From Pseudovirgaria hyperparasitica (lineage: Eukaryota), in NCBI GenBank assembly GCA_010093815.1, contig ML996591.1: a stretch of DNA of 64,000 nt; one strand, 5' to 3'. Shown here piece after piece: positions 1-11,025 of this stretch (position 1 is its first letter; each line of letters opens with the position of its first letter). Under the pieces are notes generated by a model that was not told the DNA's origin, searched no databases, and saw only the letters and a list, made by a program, of their open reading frames with translations. The position numbers were made by a program, and so were the translations under genes.

Positions 1-301
1 CGGTAGCGTTCTTGGGGGAGAAGGACGGGCCGTCGGCGAGGTTGGCGGGGAGGAAGCAGTGGTGGAGAGATGGACAGTCGCCGTTTGGCGTGACGGTGCC
101 CGGGCAGAAGAGCGTGGGAGCATGGCAGAAGGAGTGGTTTGAGGGCGAGAATGGGATGTTGCATTCCGTGTTGATGCGTGCTTGGGACTCCTTGTAGTGC
201 TCGTGGAGTCTGGTTTTGAAGCTGTCTAGGCCGAGGACGGGGAGCGGGTTGAGGAGGTGCAAGAAGAAGACGAGGGCAGTGGTTGTGATGAACCGATGCA
301 T
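1..301 (-). CDS. Small secreted cysteine-containing protein, 5' part only (runs off the left edge)
   Basis: ATG at 301 opens a stop-free frame to base 1: MHRFITTTALVFFLHLLNPLPVLG-LDSFKTRLHEHYKESQARINTECNIPFSPSNHSFCHAPTLFCPGTVTPNGDCPSLHHCFLPANLADGPSFSPKNAT. It has a hydrophobic signal-peptide-like N-terminus and 5 Cys in 100 aa. It is absent from the ORF track because no stop lies in the window. Confidence 0.6.
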   Translation of the reverse strand, partial: MHRFITTTALVFFLHLLNPLPVLGLDSFKTRLHEHYKESQARINTECNIPFSPSNHSFCHAPTLFCPGTVTPNGDCPSLHHCFLPANLADGPSFSPKNAT

Positions 302-480
302 GATGATGATTTTGGTGCAGCAAGAATGTTACTGGTGTGTGTGTGTAGAACTGGGAGGGAAGAGGATGTAATGAACAGGAACAAAAAGATGGGAGCATCC
401 TAATCACTTCCAGTCGACGTTGCATCCATCTGGCCATTTTGTGTTTTGTCCAAAGAAAACCCGTTGTACTTGCCTTCCAT

Positions 481-3354
481 TCACCCCTTAAGGTCTGCAA
501 GAGAATCCTTCAGCCGGTCCCAGCCATCTGTTCCTTCCCATGTATCCTTTCCTTTGCCCATGATACCCCTAATCGCACTCCGGGCCTTGAACTTCCAGTC
601 TTTTGCGACGAGCTCTCCATCTCCAGCGCCCAGGCCTTCAGTTCGATCCATCTCACCCAGACTTTGATAGGCATCGACCAAATCGATCGTAGCATCTACG
701 ACAGCATCCCATTGTTTCTCTTCGCTAAACTCCCAGCCAGGTTGACTGGTCACGCACCGCCATGCTTTTTCCTCTGCCTCGAGTGCTCGTGTCGGACGCT
801 TGCGCCAGAGCGCCAGCTTGGAGACAATCTTCCAGAGATGTGCCGACGACGTGATCAACGGGATGACTTTCTCGTCCACGAGTCTGACTACCATCCTCGC
901 GAGGCCCGGTTTGTTTGGGTCATAGCCCAGTCCTCCTTCCTCTTGATCTAGCGCAACGACGTGTCTGACGAGCATTTCAAGGATGGGCGCATCCACACAT
1001 TGCTCGCCAACTGACTTGCCGCGTATCTCGATGATTCGGCCCTGTGCTGTGACCATGTCGTTGTATGAGGGCGGGACAAGTGACGTAGCTACGATAAGCA
1101 CGTTCGCCCAGATCTTGTGGCTTTCGAACTTGAGGGTGGAGGCTCGTTTGAATGCTTTGAGTGCGTCACGGCGATGCTTCTGAGGATCGGACAATGCAGC
1201 TTGTGCAGAATGGTTGGCAGCATCTTCGCCTTCATCATCATCATCCAGTATAGTCGGAGGCATCCGCCTCTCGGTACCATCGGCAGTGACGTCGGGCTCG
1301 ACGTGGATCAAGGCAGCAGCAAGATTACTCCATGCCTCTGCGTCAGTGTCGTCGATTTGAACAGTACGAGAAAAGGCCTCTGCAGCTCTTACGTATTCCT
1401 GTAGTTCGAGAAGAGCGCACCCCATGGCAAACCAGGCGGACTGGTTGATCTGGTTAACCTTGAGCGACTGAGCATAGGCATGAGCAGCTTTTGTAAAGTC
1501 TCTGCCTGCGAAATAGTACTTTCCGAGCGAGCGCTGAGCACGAGCATAGCGGCTTCCAGAGACTTCCCAGGCTGTTTGGTACATGGCAGGGTCTTTGTCA
1601 ATGTCACCAATGATGCAATATAATCGTGGTGCATCAGAGGGTGGTGGAGATCTTGCCTTGCCTTCCCACTTCTCCGTATCTAGATCAGCACTCTCGTCGT
1701 CACCGCTAGTAGCATGGAAAAGCTGTCGTCGTACAACCATCTTAGCTTTGTCTTCGCGCTCTGTTGCGGCCCAGCATAAAGCTGCCTCGGCCCACATCTC
1801 GAGTCGCTCGTATATCTCGAGTGCAGACCTCAAGCCTCCCAGACTGACCCATCTTGAAGCAAGTTCTGCCTCCAGCTCCCATCTTGAGGGAGATGAGAGT
1901 TGGAAGACATACTTCAATCGCTCACTGACAGGAGCAGACTCGGACTCTTTAGCCCTCGGAAGAAAAGTCGAAGACGTGTTCTCTTTGACATCCGTGCTTT
2001 TCCCAGTGGTGGTCTCTGCAATGACTTGATCCACCAATACTTGTAATTGCAGCAGTCCTCGCTCGACGGTGCGTGATCTATAGCCCTCTACACGACTGCG
2101 CACGAGCAAGGCCTGTGTATATACCTGCCAATTCGAGCTCCCTCCCTCGAGTACACGAGTGGCGTATGGTAGAGTCTCTTCTCGCGTCAAGCCGTCTGCA
2201 GGAGACGTGTTCGTTATTGACGATGCAAGAGCAAGTAGGATGATGGAGTCGAAAGGGTCGAGTAGGGGTTGCTTCTCAGGGTCCAAATCTCTCAGGGCTT
2301 TCGGCAGAGATTCGTCACTGACAATATCAGTCATCGATGTCGGCTTCTTAGTAAACGAGATGGATTCCAGAAGGGTGTCGTCGTTGAGATCGAGGTTGTC
2401 TGGCCGCTTCGATGCTGTTGCTGCTGTTGCGTCTGTGCCATTTGCAGGCATCTCGGTCGAACTGCCACTTGGTAGACTTCTTGCGAGCACCACAAGCTGG
2501 CTCGTGTCTTTTTGCTGCCACTTTGTCCGCTTTCCGAGCAGTCCAGTAAGCGCAAACTCGAAGCCTCGTTCCTTAGTTGCGAGTTCCAGGTCTTCGCGAG
2601 CCAGCTTGTCCAGTCCATGATGGGTATGGATGGTGGCTTTCTCCAGCAAGAAAGCCACTCGTAATTCGTGTACACTGTTGACTGGCAAGGTGCCTAGTTG
2701 ATTCTCAAGCTCGTCGAGTCGCTCGAATATAGCTTTCTGCAGGGTAGGCGCGGGTTCTGACAGTAGCTTTTGGTGCCAAAAGTCTAGCCTCAAGCGCGCC
2801 CAAGGGAAGCTTTTTACATTCTGCGCAATGGGTGGGCATGACAAAATTGTTTTCGCCAGACAAAACAACTCTATGTTGGGCGTCAGGCGGTATGCAGCCT
2901 CTCCGTCGACAGAGAGCGAGGTTATAAGCTGCCGTCGAGTCCTTTCGACTTCAGACTTGGCTTTCTCATCTGCACTCGAAAGTAGGGTAAAGTCCAGTGG
3001 AGGACCAGTTACATTGCCTTGTAGAAAAGCACCAAACGCTGCAAGTCCAATGACGAAGTAAAGATGCTGCTGATATGCGGGGCTTTGCTCAATGCTGTCA
3101 GGAGGGGATTTCCTGTCTCCTAGAATGGCCTCGAGGCGGCATAGCACATAGTCACTCCAAAGTGGGAAATCCGATATCTGAATATCCTTCGTGTTGTCCT
3201 GTCCTCGAATGTCGCCAAGTAGCACCTTGGCGTGCTCGCTTTCGAGTAGTGTTTTGTAGTCGCCATTCTCCAGAGTTTCGAGATGCTTTTCAAGAGCGCC
3301 GCTTAGCTCTTCGGGCAGAGTTTGCCGTATATACTGTATTATGATATCAGCCAT
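481..3354 (-). CDS. EMW1: TPR-repeat protein, Emw1/TTC27 family
   Basis: Intronless ORF of about 957 aa from MADIIIQY (ATG at 3354). Family-like motifs are AFLQGNVTGP, LTGLLGKRTKWQQKDTSQLVV, NWQVYTQALLVRSRVE and RYARAQRSLG, followed by TPRs (AWFAMGCALLEL, EAWSNLAAAL). Confidence 0.85.
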   Translation of the reverse strand: MADIIIQYIRQTLPEELSGALEKHLETLENGDYKTLLESEHAKVLLGDIRGQDNTKDIQISDFPLWSDYVLCRLEAILGDRKSPPDSIEQSPAYQQHLYFVIGLAAFGAFLQGNVTGPPLDFTLLSSADEKAKSEVERTRRQLITSLSVDGEAAYRLTPNIELFCLAKTILSCPPIAQNVKSFPWARLRLDFWHQKLLSEPAPTLQKAIFERLDELENQLGTLPVNSVHELRVAFLLEKATIHTHHGLDKLAREDLELATKERGFEFALTGLLGKRTKWQQKDTSQLVVLARSLPSGSSTEMPANGTDATAATASKRPDNLDLNDDTLLESISFTKKPTSMTDIVSDESLPKALRDLDPEKQPLLDPFDSIILLALASSITNTSPADGLTREETLPYATRVLEGGSSNWQVYTQALLVRSRVEGYRSRTVERGLLQLQVLVDQVIAETTTGKSTDVKENTSSTFLPRAKESESAPVSERLKYVFQLSSPSRWELEAELASRWVSLGGLRSALEIYERLEMWAEAALCWAATEREDKAKMVVRRQLFHATSGDDESADLDTEKWEGKARSPPPSDAPRLYCIIGDIDKDPAMYQTAWEVSGSRYARAQRSLGKYYFAGRDFTKAAHAYAQSLKVNQINQSAWFAMGCALLELQEYVRAAEAFSRTVQIDDTDAEAWSNLAAALIHVEPDVTADGTERRMPPTILDDDDEGEDAANHSAQAALSDPQKHRRDALKAFKRASTLKFESHKIWANVLIVATSLVPPSYNDMVTAQGRIIEIRGKSVGEQCVDAPILEMLVRHVVALDQEEGGLGYDPNKPGLARMVVRLVDEKVIPLITSSAHLWKIVSKLALWRKRPTRALEAEEKAWRCVTSQPGWEFSEEKQWDAVVDATIDLVDAYQSLGEMDRTEGLGAGDGELVAKDWKFKARSAIRGIMGKGKDTWEGTDGWDRLKDSLADLKG

Positions 3355-3697
3355 ATCACTGCTGCCTACTTTCCGGGAGAAATAACAACAGATTTTAATT
3401 CTGGCACAAATTTTCACGTATTGATATTGTGAACTTGTGACAATTTTATCATTGTTAATGCCGAGGAAAGACCGATGAGTGGTATGGCACGTGGTTTGGT
3501 GCGGAGTATTCATTAGGACATCGTTAATTACGACACCGCAACATCATCGTCGACAGTGATAATTCATGTCTAAATCCGGAGACGTCCATCACGCCATCAA
3601 CCGAATGATCTAGTTTGATAGGATACACGAAGCAGGTATGTACAAATAGTGCAAGAGGCTTTCAACAAGCATTGTGGCTAGGGTATCAAAGAATCCT

Positions 3698-4586
3698 TTA
3701 GTCGGAGTCACTACTGGACGATGAGCTGCTGCTGCCTCCTCCGCGACTACGTGAGCGGTGCTTCTTGTGATGGCCATGGCCATGGTGTGCGGCCAGTCCA
3801 CCAAGAGCTGCAGACCCTGCATATCCACTACCGTGGCTGCCATGGGAGTGTTTATGCTTGTGCTCCTTGCCGTGCTTCTTCTTCTTCTTGTGCCTGGGTT
3901 TGTTAGTTGGACACGTTACAGAAAGGGCAGGTGTGCGTACTTGTCATGGCTGTTCTCCAGGACGTTTGCACCTATGGCACCCGCGACAATACCTCCGATG
4001 GTCCCTAGCGCACCACCGCCCAGCTTGTGGCCTGCAAAAGCGCCGAGGGCGCCGCCTCCAAGCGTCGCACCAAGACCGCGCTCGCCATCTTGAGCACCTC
4101 CGGGTCCGTATGCGCCAGGCGCTTGATCTTGATGACCGTAGCCTGGTTGGCCATGTTGTTGCTGGCCATACGGAGGCTGGCCGTGAGGTTGGCCCTGAGG
4201 CGGGTATGGAGAAGGACCACGGTCTTGCTCGTGGTTGTAGGGAGCTACTTGCTGGTGCTGCTGGTAGTCTTGCTGATAGCCCGGCTGCTGAGGTGGATAG
4301 CCTTGTTGCTGGTGCTGCTGATACGAGTCATGCTGTGGAGGATAGCCGCCCTTGGGAAGAAGTCAGCTTTGAGCAACTTGAAGTCATTCAACATAGACAG
4401 ACATACCTGCTGAGGTGGGTAGGGGTTTCCGCCGCCGTATTGATCGTGAGGCGGCTGGTATTGCTGCTGAGGGGCAGGCGAACCATACTGGTTGCCTGGG
4501 TTGTAGCCGTAGTCAGGAGGAGGTTGCTGCTGGTGCTGGCCGTAGCCTCCTCCACCACCTCCACCGTAGTAGTCGTTATTCGACAT
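3698..4586 (-). CDS. Gly/Gln/Tyr/Pro-rich low-complexity protein with a glycine-zipper segment and His/Lys-rich tail
   Basis: Three exons, with GT-AG introns at 4351-4406 and 3894-3940. Spliced product: MSNNDYYGGG...QQGGYPPQ...DGERGLGATLGGGALGAFAGHKLGGGALGTIGGIVAGAIGANVLE...KHKKKKKHGKEHKHKH...SSSDSD*. A TATA-like (TA)n run lies at about 4758-4768. Confidence 0.75.
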
Positions 4587-5662
4587 TGTCTAGAATCTGC
4601 TACACTGGATATGTGTGATGTTGTTCGAAGTGGCCGTCGGTAGGGTGTATAGGTTACAGTGAGAGGATTGATAGAGATACTGGAGCTAGACGAGAGGGAA
4701 TGGTGAGACGGAGCGGGGGGAGGGGTGGCTAGAATAGCTCAGGGCTGAAGTGCTGGGTATATATATATGTATAGCTTACACCGTGGACAGTACACCGATG
4801 GTTTAGTCACGCTACCTGGCTAATTAGCTCATTCACATCCAGGCATGATGAGCTGCGGTGTTTGACGGTTCTGCGGTAAGACGGCAGCCTCAGGCTCTGA
4901 TCGACCTATGACGTGCAGCTGTTCGGGCCACTTTTTGCTGTTTCGGCCACACTCGCCCGAATTTGCGGCGTAGAGTGTGGCTGAGCGGCACTGAGCACAC
5001 GTGTCTTTCGGCTGTGCGCGACGGAGTGAATATACTTGTTATGGTTACTATAGCTATAGTAGTAGTAGTTCGCAACAGCTTTTGCGACCAGACGTAGAAT
5101 AGTCATCCAGTGTGGCAAACAGCATAAACACGTGACTGCAATGTACCTGAAGATCATGACGACCGCACCGCACCGCCTTGGACTGTTGGATACGAGATAC
5201 GAGAGCCCCTCCATGCACGTGATCTCCTCCATCCCGACCGAATTTGAATGTCCCTCCACGACCACTCTCCTAATCATCCAACATACCATCCATCTCGCGA
5301 AGCTCCTACTTATGCATTCAATTCAATGATGCACTCAACACTGACATCACTCATGGCGCTGTCTTAGTAGGATGCAGTCACTAATGAGATACCAAGACCA
5401 TGACACCAGGCACGTATCAGATTTCTGTCAGTCTAATCTAAGCATAACCAGACTCCTACTTCATTGTCTCGAGGTCTCATTAGATCAGCAGGAGCCAGTG
5501 TAGAGCTTCTGAGAAATGATAATATGCTACACAAATTCTCAAGTCCAGCTTGATAGACACCAGACTGCAAACATACCCTTGTCAGAAAACCATCTGACCT
5601 TTTCGGAGACAGGGCGCAAGTTCAAGGAACCTTGAAGTAGAGGAATCGACAGATGGAGAGAT

Positions 5663-6351
5663 TCATGTCTCAGATAGCAAGATTCTCTCATCCTGTAGCA
5701 GTAGAGACACCAATATGTTCCTACGTAAGGAAAGTAGGTATAGTAGAAGTGGGCATAGGTCGGGGAAGTTGTCTTTAAGTGATCTGACGAGGAAGGAGCT
5801 GTCTTCCGCAGTACTATTCCTAAGAAGCTCCTTCCCTATGAGAGTAGTATACACACTACATTCCGTAAGTGTGGGCTATCTACTGAAAGAGCTCTTTATG
5901 GTTACCACGTTAGCCTCTCGCTCGAATCGTGTTATTTCGATATCTGATTCTTTAATACGCTTCAAATGATAGCTGGGCATTAGCATCGAGCTGAAGAGTT
6001 GGATTCTAGCATTGTGTGGATACTCATGACAGTTCGAGGCGTGGATCGAACAGAGCGCATTTTACTAGGGTTTGCGAGAGTATTAAGCGCAATCATGGCT
6101 TGCATCTACAAAACGTATCGGATGTTGTTAGTGGTCATGAGATATGAGTACCAAACCCTTGTCCAATCATCTGGCAATTTAATACCCAGATCCCACAGTG
6201 AAGATGTCCTTGCACGCCGGCAATGAACAACCGTATCGAAAAAGTGGCTTGATCCTAACACTACATTCTGCGCCCATACAGAACCATAGATCTCGTCGTG
6301 ACTGTTACTGTTGTTAGACCCTCGATCAAGCTCGCCACACCGCCATGACAA
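5663..6351 (-). pseudogene. Possible decayed, mildly RIP-mutated gene fragment
   Basis: TpA-rich island. One minus frame reads about 130 codons with a single TAG (...YHLKRIKESDIEITRFEREANVVTIKSSFSR*PTLTECSVYTTLIGKELL...). An adjacent frame reads WDLGIKLPDDWTRVWYSYLM. No family was recognised. Confidence 0.25.
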
Positions 6352-9300
6352 GTGCGAAGCTATATAAACAATAGACGAGACCCCTCTTATATGTCAACCA
6401 GATCAACGCCCCCAAGACAGCAATCTGACAGCAATAGGATCCCGAGATCCTGCATAATCTAGATCAATTCAGCCGCTATATAAACACTTCGTATCTAGGT
6501 AGAATCTGGGCACTAGGGCGCATGGGAATTCCGGCCGGCCGGGCCCCATGCGTCGTCGATCCGGCCCCATCCATCCACAACGGCAACTCCGAGCCGCAAG
6601 TGGAGTCACTATCACTTTTGGATTGTGTATTTTAACCTTTCACGCCTGACTACTACCACCGAGGGCCAAGACGACAAATGAGAGGCGACTGTATTCCAGA
6701 AGATATGTAGTTCGATTAGAACATTGCGTAACATCATGTCAAGTGGTGTACATATATGTAAATTCGATCGTCCAGCGCCTGCATGAACATGAATGATTCC
6801 GTGATTATAGTCTGCATGTCAAAGTATTTACGTGCAGCTAATAGATCTCGCGAGAGTCGTATGCTGTTCTTGCCCGTGATCCCGTATCCTTCAGATTAGC
6901 CCCTGAGCTAGCACGATTCCGAACTATTGCGTTGTTGACCGGCTGCAGAGTGACAGCGAATCGTACGTAGCTCTGCGTATTACTTTTGGGTTGTCTGATC
7001 ATGTCCAAGCTACACTGCTACAGGTGGATCTCGATTAATGATCGATTAACAAGCAATGCTGATGAGAGGCGGCGGAAGGACGTCCGTCCTACGCGCTGCG
7101 CTCGCGGCTCGTGTACAACTGTTGCCTAGAGCAAACACCAGTAGTGATTGCCCGGAGGGACCAGCAACTGCCAACTCTGCATTACACCCGTGATATTGCA
7201 ATTGTGCTTACAAACCATGTGTTGACATCCATGGATACTATATGAACAGATTCCAAGTTCTGCTACGAGGTTAAGTTAGAGCTACTGTCTGTCATGTTAT
7301 CTAAGAGAAGCCAGCAGGGCGTGGCAGATGGAATTGCGTGCATGCCGCAGTAAAGTAGATCTGTCGTTCTTATCCACGAGTACCATTCTGTTGGCTTTCA
7401 ACGTCTCCGATATCAGTATTGTCATACCTACACTGCCTGTGGAAGCCTCACGTGCCCTCTGTGTACAGCAAGGCTCTACATCAGCTCCAAATGGTCACTC
7501 GTCCGGTCAGACAAGGTGGGTGTCGGTGGCACTCTTTCCTATGAATCAACAAGACCAGAATTGTGCTGCGGACCACGAGATATGTGATTGAGTGAAGGAT
7601 ACACCAATCTGCGCTAGCGTCGTAGTTTGGTTTAAGTATATATATAGGCTCAATAAATCATGTTGTGCAGTCGCCATCCGATATTAAGGGTGGTGCTTGT
7701 CATGACCATGCCAGAGGCAACACGGCGCAAGATATTCAAGTCAGAAATGGGCATGTGAGAAATGAGATGGCTTAATTCGGACGTCGTGGTTGCACAGAGA
7801 TGTACAAGACTTCTCAAATATGGTGTCGGCGACCAATCATGGGTTCTGTCGGAACGGGATTCGAAAATATTCTTTTCTTGTACAACATTTGATCCGACAT
7901 GGTAGCAGAGCGCATCGTGAGGTGGCTTGAATCTTTTACGTGGGCACAACAACCACTCGTTAAGTGGCGTGCTCACGTCCATCGACAGGAACCGGTTCTT
8001 CAAGCATCTGACAGAACGCATACAGCTCAGATGCACGTATTAGTTTGATGGAGGCAAAGAATTCAGTGGTCAGCGGAGCCACGGACCGGAGGCTGGTCTG
8101 CCGGTGTCTAGTTCTCGAGGTGGTATTGCCACCGAATGTTTCCTACAGAGATCTACAGCCGTGTCAAACAAGGTGGAAAACACGGATTTGCATAAAGACC
8201 TGCCACTATTCATCCAGGCCACATATGCTGGAGTTGACCGTATATATTCATACGCCGGGCCATGGACAGCACGAAAATAAGGTTAATTCGGAGCCTAGGA
8301 CACCGTTGAATGACATGAATGGTGGAATTGGGCGAAAGCGAGAGCTGTAAGGGTACGTACGCTGACTTACGTTGCTGACGCGATCGACAGAGACGTACGA
8401 ATCTCAGACGGCGTGCTCATATAATACGACACAGTCAGGCGGTCTCGCATACTCGGAGTCTGGCATCACTAGTGATGGCCAGTCGTGCTTTGAAAGCGCC
8501 ATACGAGGTAGTTCGTACAGGCTGTGAGCAGCATATAATAATACCAGGCCGTAGCACAGGCTGTAGTGTCTCCGGACGAATCAGCCAAGGCTTCATGGGG
8601 TGGCTGACGGATGGAGCTGAAGAGGCTGAAGATGACCGTGCGTTGGAAGGGGAAGGCCTCACGCGCGCGTATTGCGGCGGATTGGACGACAGACAGGAGG
8701 AGTACAATGGTCAGCGAGCGTAAGCGGATATTGGTCGATGATTGGCATCCGTCTATACGGCTAGACGGGGCTGATGTTATTAAGGACTGTGGAGAAGAGA
8801 GGCGTAGAGCAGTAGTGTAGACCGACTGACTGATTGACACGCGACGGCGATTCCAGTCTAATCATCATCCGCAGTGACTGTGAGATGGGTTGCAGGCGCG
8901 TACGGAGGACTCGTGGACAAAGTCGAGGAGCGTTTGGTGGTACGAATGGTGATATATATATAAGAATATATCAATTCTGTGTCTGTGTGAGGAGGAGTGA
9001 GGGAGGGGAGAAGGATGAGGAAGAGGAGGAAGAGAAGGAGGAGGTGGAAGAGGGAAGTAATTAGTTGGTGGGGTTAGGGCGTGTTTGACGGCAAGGAGGT
9101 CCCTAAAATAGCTGCCCCCCCTGCCCATGAATAGCGCGGTGCCAGCCCATGATTTAGCGAGGATCCCCCCCAAAAACAGCCCAAGATCCCCGCCCAGAGC
9201 CCCCAACTTTGGCCCCAGTCAGCCCTTCCCGCCCCGACAGTGCGGTTGTTGTTATCATTCATTTCCAAGACTGTTCACTTTGAGCTGTCGTCTAAACACT

Positions 9301-11025
9301 GGGTAGCAGAAGACAGCCAGTATTATACACACTTCCACTCCCAAATCGTCTCTCCCATTCTCGCGCGCCTCACACAGCCCTCTATTCTACTTCCATCACG
9401 CATTTGCTATACTAATCCCTAATCATAGCCTCCTTACTTGTTCTCGTCTTCGTCATCGTCTTGGCTTCGTCCGGCCTTCTTTTTGCTTGCTATGGTCGTT
9501 CCGAATTGCCTCACATACACCGTTGCACAGGTTATGCCATGCCAAATCGAGTACTTAACCTTACGCACTTCCGATAATAGCTGCTCGCCCGTGCTGCATC
9601 GGCGCGCTTCTCTTTGTTTGCTCGACTTCGCTGCCTGTCAACGCGCGAGTTTACTATGCCTCTTTCGTCACCAAGGCCCCCCCCCCTCCCCCCCCCAGTA
9701 GCCTGTTTGTTCCAACGCGCTCCTGAGGCGAAGCTTAGTAGAAGAGCATGGGCTGCCTTGAGGGAGGCACTCGCAATTTATCTACTTGGCCTTGCTAATG
9801 GCTCATCGTAGAGCTGATGAGCAGGCGGACTTCTCGGATCAGGCACCGCTGTCATCCCGATCTATGGCGGCAGCGTAATTCGTACACCATTCATATAACC
9901 TCTTTAGTCTCTATCGCCTGTCCTTCTAGTTGATCTCTTGTCTGTTCCGGCTGCCGAAAATATCATCTCCCTGGTCCTCGATTATAGGTCTTCATCCTCG
10001 TGCTGGTATATACGACTCATCCTTACGATAAATCCCTTGTGGACTCCATACTTCTTCCTACATCTGCCTTGTAGGCTGTCATCCCTCACTTGACATCTCC
10101 CCACTGGACCTGCAGACGGTTTCACTCGGCCATCGAACGTGACTCAACGCTGTACGAATCCTGGGAGCCGTCTAGGAGGTTCAGAGTCAACAATCGATCT
10201 CTCCTATCTACTTTCCACACATCCATACTGCAGTGTCCCTTGCTCCTGGGCTCCGTCAGATAGCAACGACTAGAGTTTGTATCAATATCTATTTTCCACG
10301 ATCCTGAATTGTATCGAGGCCATAAAGGAATACCGTTAGCGGACTCACTGTTGTGAACGATAAGGCATAAGCATTCTTGGGATCCACTTTGTTCATAACC
10401 AAGGTTAGAGACAAATCTCAGACATTTCTCATCGTTCGCTTTCATAAGACATACCGACCATTGAGACACTGGCGGGCGTATCTGACCAAGCTTGCCATCC
10501 TCAGCATTATTTCTCATCGAAGAATGTACCTACTGACTCAACATAGGCACCAGTCCGTATCAATCTTGGCCTTGGACACTCAGAACCTGTATTGACTACC
10601 TTTACCTTGGTCATTGCGTAAGTATTGCTGTACAAAGAGCAGTTTTGAAGACCTTCTGTGTTCAAAACCACTTCAACTTGGACCATCGTCACATCAGATT
10701 TACATGTCAACCGCTCTGCTGTGTGTAGTTGGAGTTACTTAATAGCGGCACACTCGATCGAGAGCTGAATACCGGATATCTTCGAGTCTTCAGTCATTAC
10801 ACGACGACACACGACGTATTCACGGCGACAATCTATAATATTTGACTGGTAATTTCAAAGCAGTTCCATAGCTTTAGTCAGTATACGCGAGGTATCAAAC
10901 CACCACTTGGCACATAATCGTTCATCTCCAGTCGTCAAACTGGCTCTCGTGCAAGGACGAGTCCTTCAGGCAAGTGGTCCCTGACTCCTTGCTGCGCTGC
11001 CTCGACCACGTCGGCAGCTTGGGCG

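Noticed and set aside
439..3344. Many plus-strand ORFs overlapping EMW1 (similar shadows occur over medA, CAT2, the KH gene, UGD and DPP5)
   Set aside because: These are antisense or alternate-frame shadows of real genes with no recognisable motifs.
3355..3513. 53-aa N-terminal extension of the 1010-aa ORF
   Set aside because: It does not look protein-like. The internal ATG at 3354 (MADIIIQY) is the more plausible start.
3858..4643. 261-aa plus-strand ORF
   Set aside because: It is antisense to the spliced Gly/Gln-rich gene, whose splice signals are on the minus strand.
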